Positions 61,310 to 64,000 of a stretch of DNA of 64,000 bases are shown in pieces. The notes under the pieces were generated by a model that was given only the letters and a program-made list of their open reading frames with translations, did not search any database and was not told the origin of the DNA. A program made the position numbers and the translations under genes. Numbering within the stretch: the stretch's first letter is position 1; every line of letters starts with the position of its first letter. Source of the DNA: Leucoraja ocellata (taxonomy: Eukaryota); NCBI GenBank assembly GCA_036785375.1, contig JAWMAR010000165.1, forward strand, positions 4,588,001 through 4,652,000. The letters are read 5' to 3'.

Positions 61310-61690
61310 GTGTGACCAATGCATGGTACAGCATGGCAGCCGATTCCCTGATGGTCAATGTTTGGGGAATGTGCAGTCGAGCACTGGTGCATGTCTCTCT
61401 GTGTGAACAATGCCTGGCACACCACAGAAAGGCATGGCACACTATAGCACTGCAAACGATGGCACTGTACACCACGGCACTGCACACCATGGCACTGTGT
61501 AGGCACTGCACACCATGGCACACTATGGCACTGCATACATGGTACTCACTGCGCATCATGGCACACCATGGCTCACCATGGTATTGCATGGCATCGCACA
61601 GCATTGAGGACACGGCCCAGCACACTGCATCATTGCTTGGCACAGCATGGCACACATGGCATGGTACAGCACGGTACAGCACAGCTCATG
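61310..61690. repeat. Degenerate minisatellite built from 5/10/20-bp units (catggcac, actgcacac)
   Basis: accatggcactgcac-like units repeated; these explain the low-complexity ORFs on both strands. Confidence 0.8.
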
Positions 61691-62279
61691 AGTTGACTCA
61701 TAGAAGGTGCAAGTCACACGGAGATTTGGCGTGCGATTCTCAGTAAACCGCGCGCCGCATAAACCGTACATTTCACCACTGTTTTCCCCCCAGTTATGCT
61801 TCTGATTGGCAGCTTGGTTTTATTGAACTGATAATTATTTAAGTTCAGCAATGCCTCAGTAACCTTTATTGCCAGGATATATTTTAAATTAATGATTCGT
61901 CTTAAACCTTTGATGATTAATGTTACTAACGATAAAATGTAAAATAATCGCTTTGTAAGGAAAATTATTACAAGTAATTCAGCCAACTTTAAAACCGTAG
62001 TAATTGTAATAACCACAATAACACAATTTAATAGCTCCATGAGAATACGTTGATCATTATTTTCTGGTTTTATTTACTTTTATAGGCGTTTATTTTAATA
62101 CCTACTAAAGGCTGAGCAAACCCCTATGAAGTGTCGCTGTGTATCTCTTTAATAAAAGAATGGATCGTGTGGGATCTTAAGGCAAGAGAATTATAAAATA
62201 TTGCTTTTGGCAGTGCTGGTGTCAATGTGACTACACAGTTTTTGAGGGAAGGGCTGCTGCGGACTTGGTTACACACACT

Positions 62280-62750
62280 AAAGATAGGCACAAAGTCAGG
62301 CGGTTTCTATGGAGAAAAAGGACGTGTGGCGTTTCGTAGGTAGACAAAAATGCTGGAGAAACTCAGCGGGTGAGGCAGCATCTATGGAGCGAAGGAAATA
62401 GGCAACGTTTCGGGTCGAAACCCTTCTTCAGACCTTTGACGTTTCTGTTGGGACCCTTCTTCAGACCCAACCCGAGATGTCACTCATCCTTTGTCTCCAG
62501 ACATGCTTCCCGATCCACAAAGTTACTCCAGCACTTTGTGCCTATCATTGATAAACCAGCATCTGAGGTCCTTTGTTTCCACATTTAGATTACACACACT
62601 GTCTGATATGCACCATCATTCACTCTGCCTGTTGCCACTGAGGACCAGAATAAGGAGTCTTAAGAAGGGTCCCGACACAAAACATCTCTGGAGATGCTGT
62701 GAGTTACGCCAGAACTTTGTGTCCTGTGTAAACTAGCATCTGCACTTCCT
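62280..62750. repeat. Cluster of Penelope pseudo-LTR fragments in both orientations
   Basis: Minus-strand CTGAAGAAGGGTTTCGACCCGAAACGTT at 62404-62431, plus inverted partial copies. Confidence 0.75.
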
Positions 62751-63647
62751 TTTTTTTTATATACATAAAGCTTTGCCCCCCACCCCTCCTCCCAGCCCAA
62801 ATTCCTGGGTTCAAATCAGCCTGAACAAATAACATGAACGTCCCTCTCTGTGCCTTTAATAGGACGTGTGTGGAGAGGGTGCCTCCCTTCCCATTACTGG
62901 GAGGGCCGAGCTCACCTCCCCACATCATCGGTAACAATCAAATATCATCCTCGGTCATGAGGAGCGCCAAACCTCAGAGCAAATTATTATTTTAAAGAGT
63001 CAATCCCATGAATTTGCCACCGATATCTACTCTACATGCTGATGTTGGATGACGTTTCGGATTGAGACCCTTCAGACTGAGGTCTCCACCCAAAATGTCA
63101 CCCATTCTTTCTCTCCAGAGATGCTGCCTGTCCCGCTGAGTTACACCGGCATTTTGCGTCGACCTTCGATTTAAACCAGCATTTGCAGGTCTTTCCTACA
63201 CATGCTGATATTGGACATGATGTAGTCCGGTCATTGGGACAGAGACTGCCTACTTGGATTCGCAACTCATGCACACTCTGGAAGCTGCTCCGTGGCTTCA
63301 ATCTGACAGCTTGTCTTGGAAGCTCCAATCACTTTTACTCTTGCCTGCACCAGATAGGAACGCCCAGCGGTACTTACCATTGACGGTTATTACAGATTAA
63401 AGCATCCCGTGCGTATTTATAACTGGCACTTATTCTCAATATAAAATACCGCAAGTAAAATTCATAGATAAATGCTGCATAATGTTCTTATTAAAGATGA
63501 TCCCTAATGGTATATAAACCAGTTAACGTCAATAAAAGCTTCCTGAGGTATTTATAATCACTGATTATTAAGGGTAGATAGCACCTAATGGTATTCATAA
63601 TCAGTGGTGGTTAAAGATAGGGGTGCCTGATGATTATAGCTCCAAAA

Positions 63648-63950
63648 CAGGCCTTCAGCCCAACTAGTCCGTGCTGGCCACCAATCACCCATTTACACTA
63701 ACCTTACAATGATCCCATTATATTCACCCCACATTCTCACCAACAAACCCTTTCCCCACAGATACAGACACAAACTCAACTACACAGTAGATCAAGAGTC
63801 CTACCTACATTCATGTCTCTGGGTTATGGAAGGAACCGGAAACCCAGAGAAAACCTAAGCGGTCACAAAGAGAACCCGCAAACTCCACACTGACAGCACC
63901 CATGCCATGATTGCTGCTGGAGCTACGATGCAGTTTCTGCACAACTGTAC
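63648..63950 (-). mobile_element. Degenerate HE1/V-SINE-like SINE
   Basis: gcaaactccacactgacagcacc and aaacaggccttcagccc match the other copies. Confidence 0.65.
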
Positions 63951-64000
63951 CATCTTGTTAATTGTGGTGACCAAAGTTAACAGGTGATATTGTTAAACCA

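Noticed and set aside
61134-61746. Cys/His-rich ORFs on both strands
   Set aside because: Products of a degenerate minisatellite

Overview
Vertebrate, repeat-dominated non-coding DNA. The repeat repertoire (CR1/HER1-like LINEs, HE1-like tRNA-derived SINEs, Penelope, Rex1, DIRS) points to a cartilaginous fish, probably a skate or ray; this is inferred from repeats only. I could not support any host protein-coding exon, so the window is probably intergenic or a large intron. Main contents: (1) four defective DIRS1-type tyrosine-recombinase retrotransposons (A ~12905-16592, B 24375-31577, C 26519-29043 nested antisense inside B, D 50243-53764) with recognisable terminal and ICR architecture; (2) a 1003-bp solo LTR; (3) many CR1, Rex1 and Penelope fragments and DNA-transposon derivatives. 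The most striking signal is three short TSD-flanked retroposons in two families (9875-10077 +; 43077-43211 + and 45612-45749 -). Each begins at G1 of a complete HDV/CPEB3-like self-cleaving ribozyme fold and ends in a shared ACG(C/A)AAGAAGAAG tail. Penelope-derived repeats also carry hammerhead-like cores. Boundaries of degenerate repeats are approximate and were read by eye.
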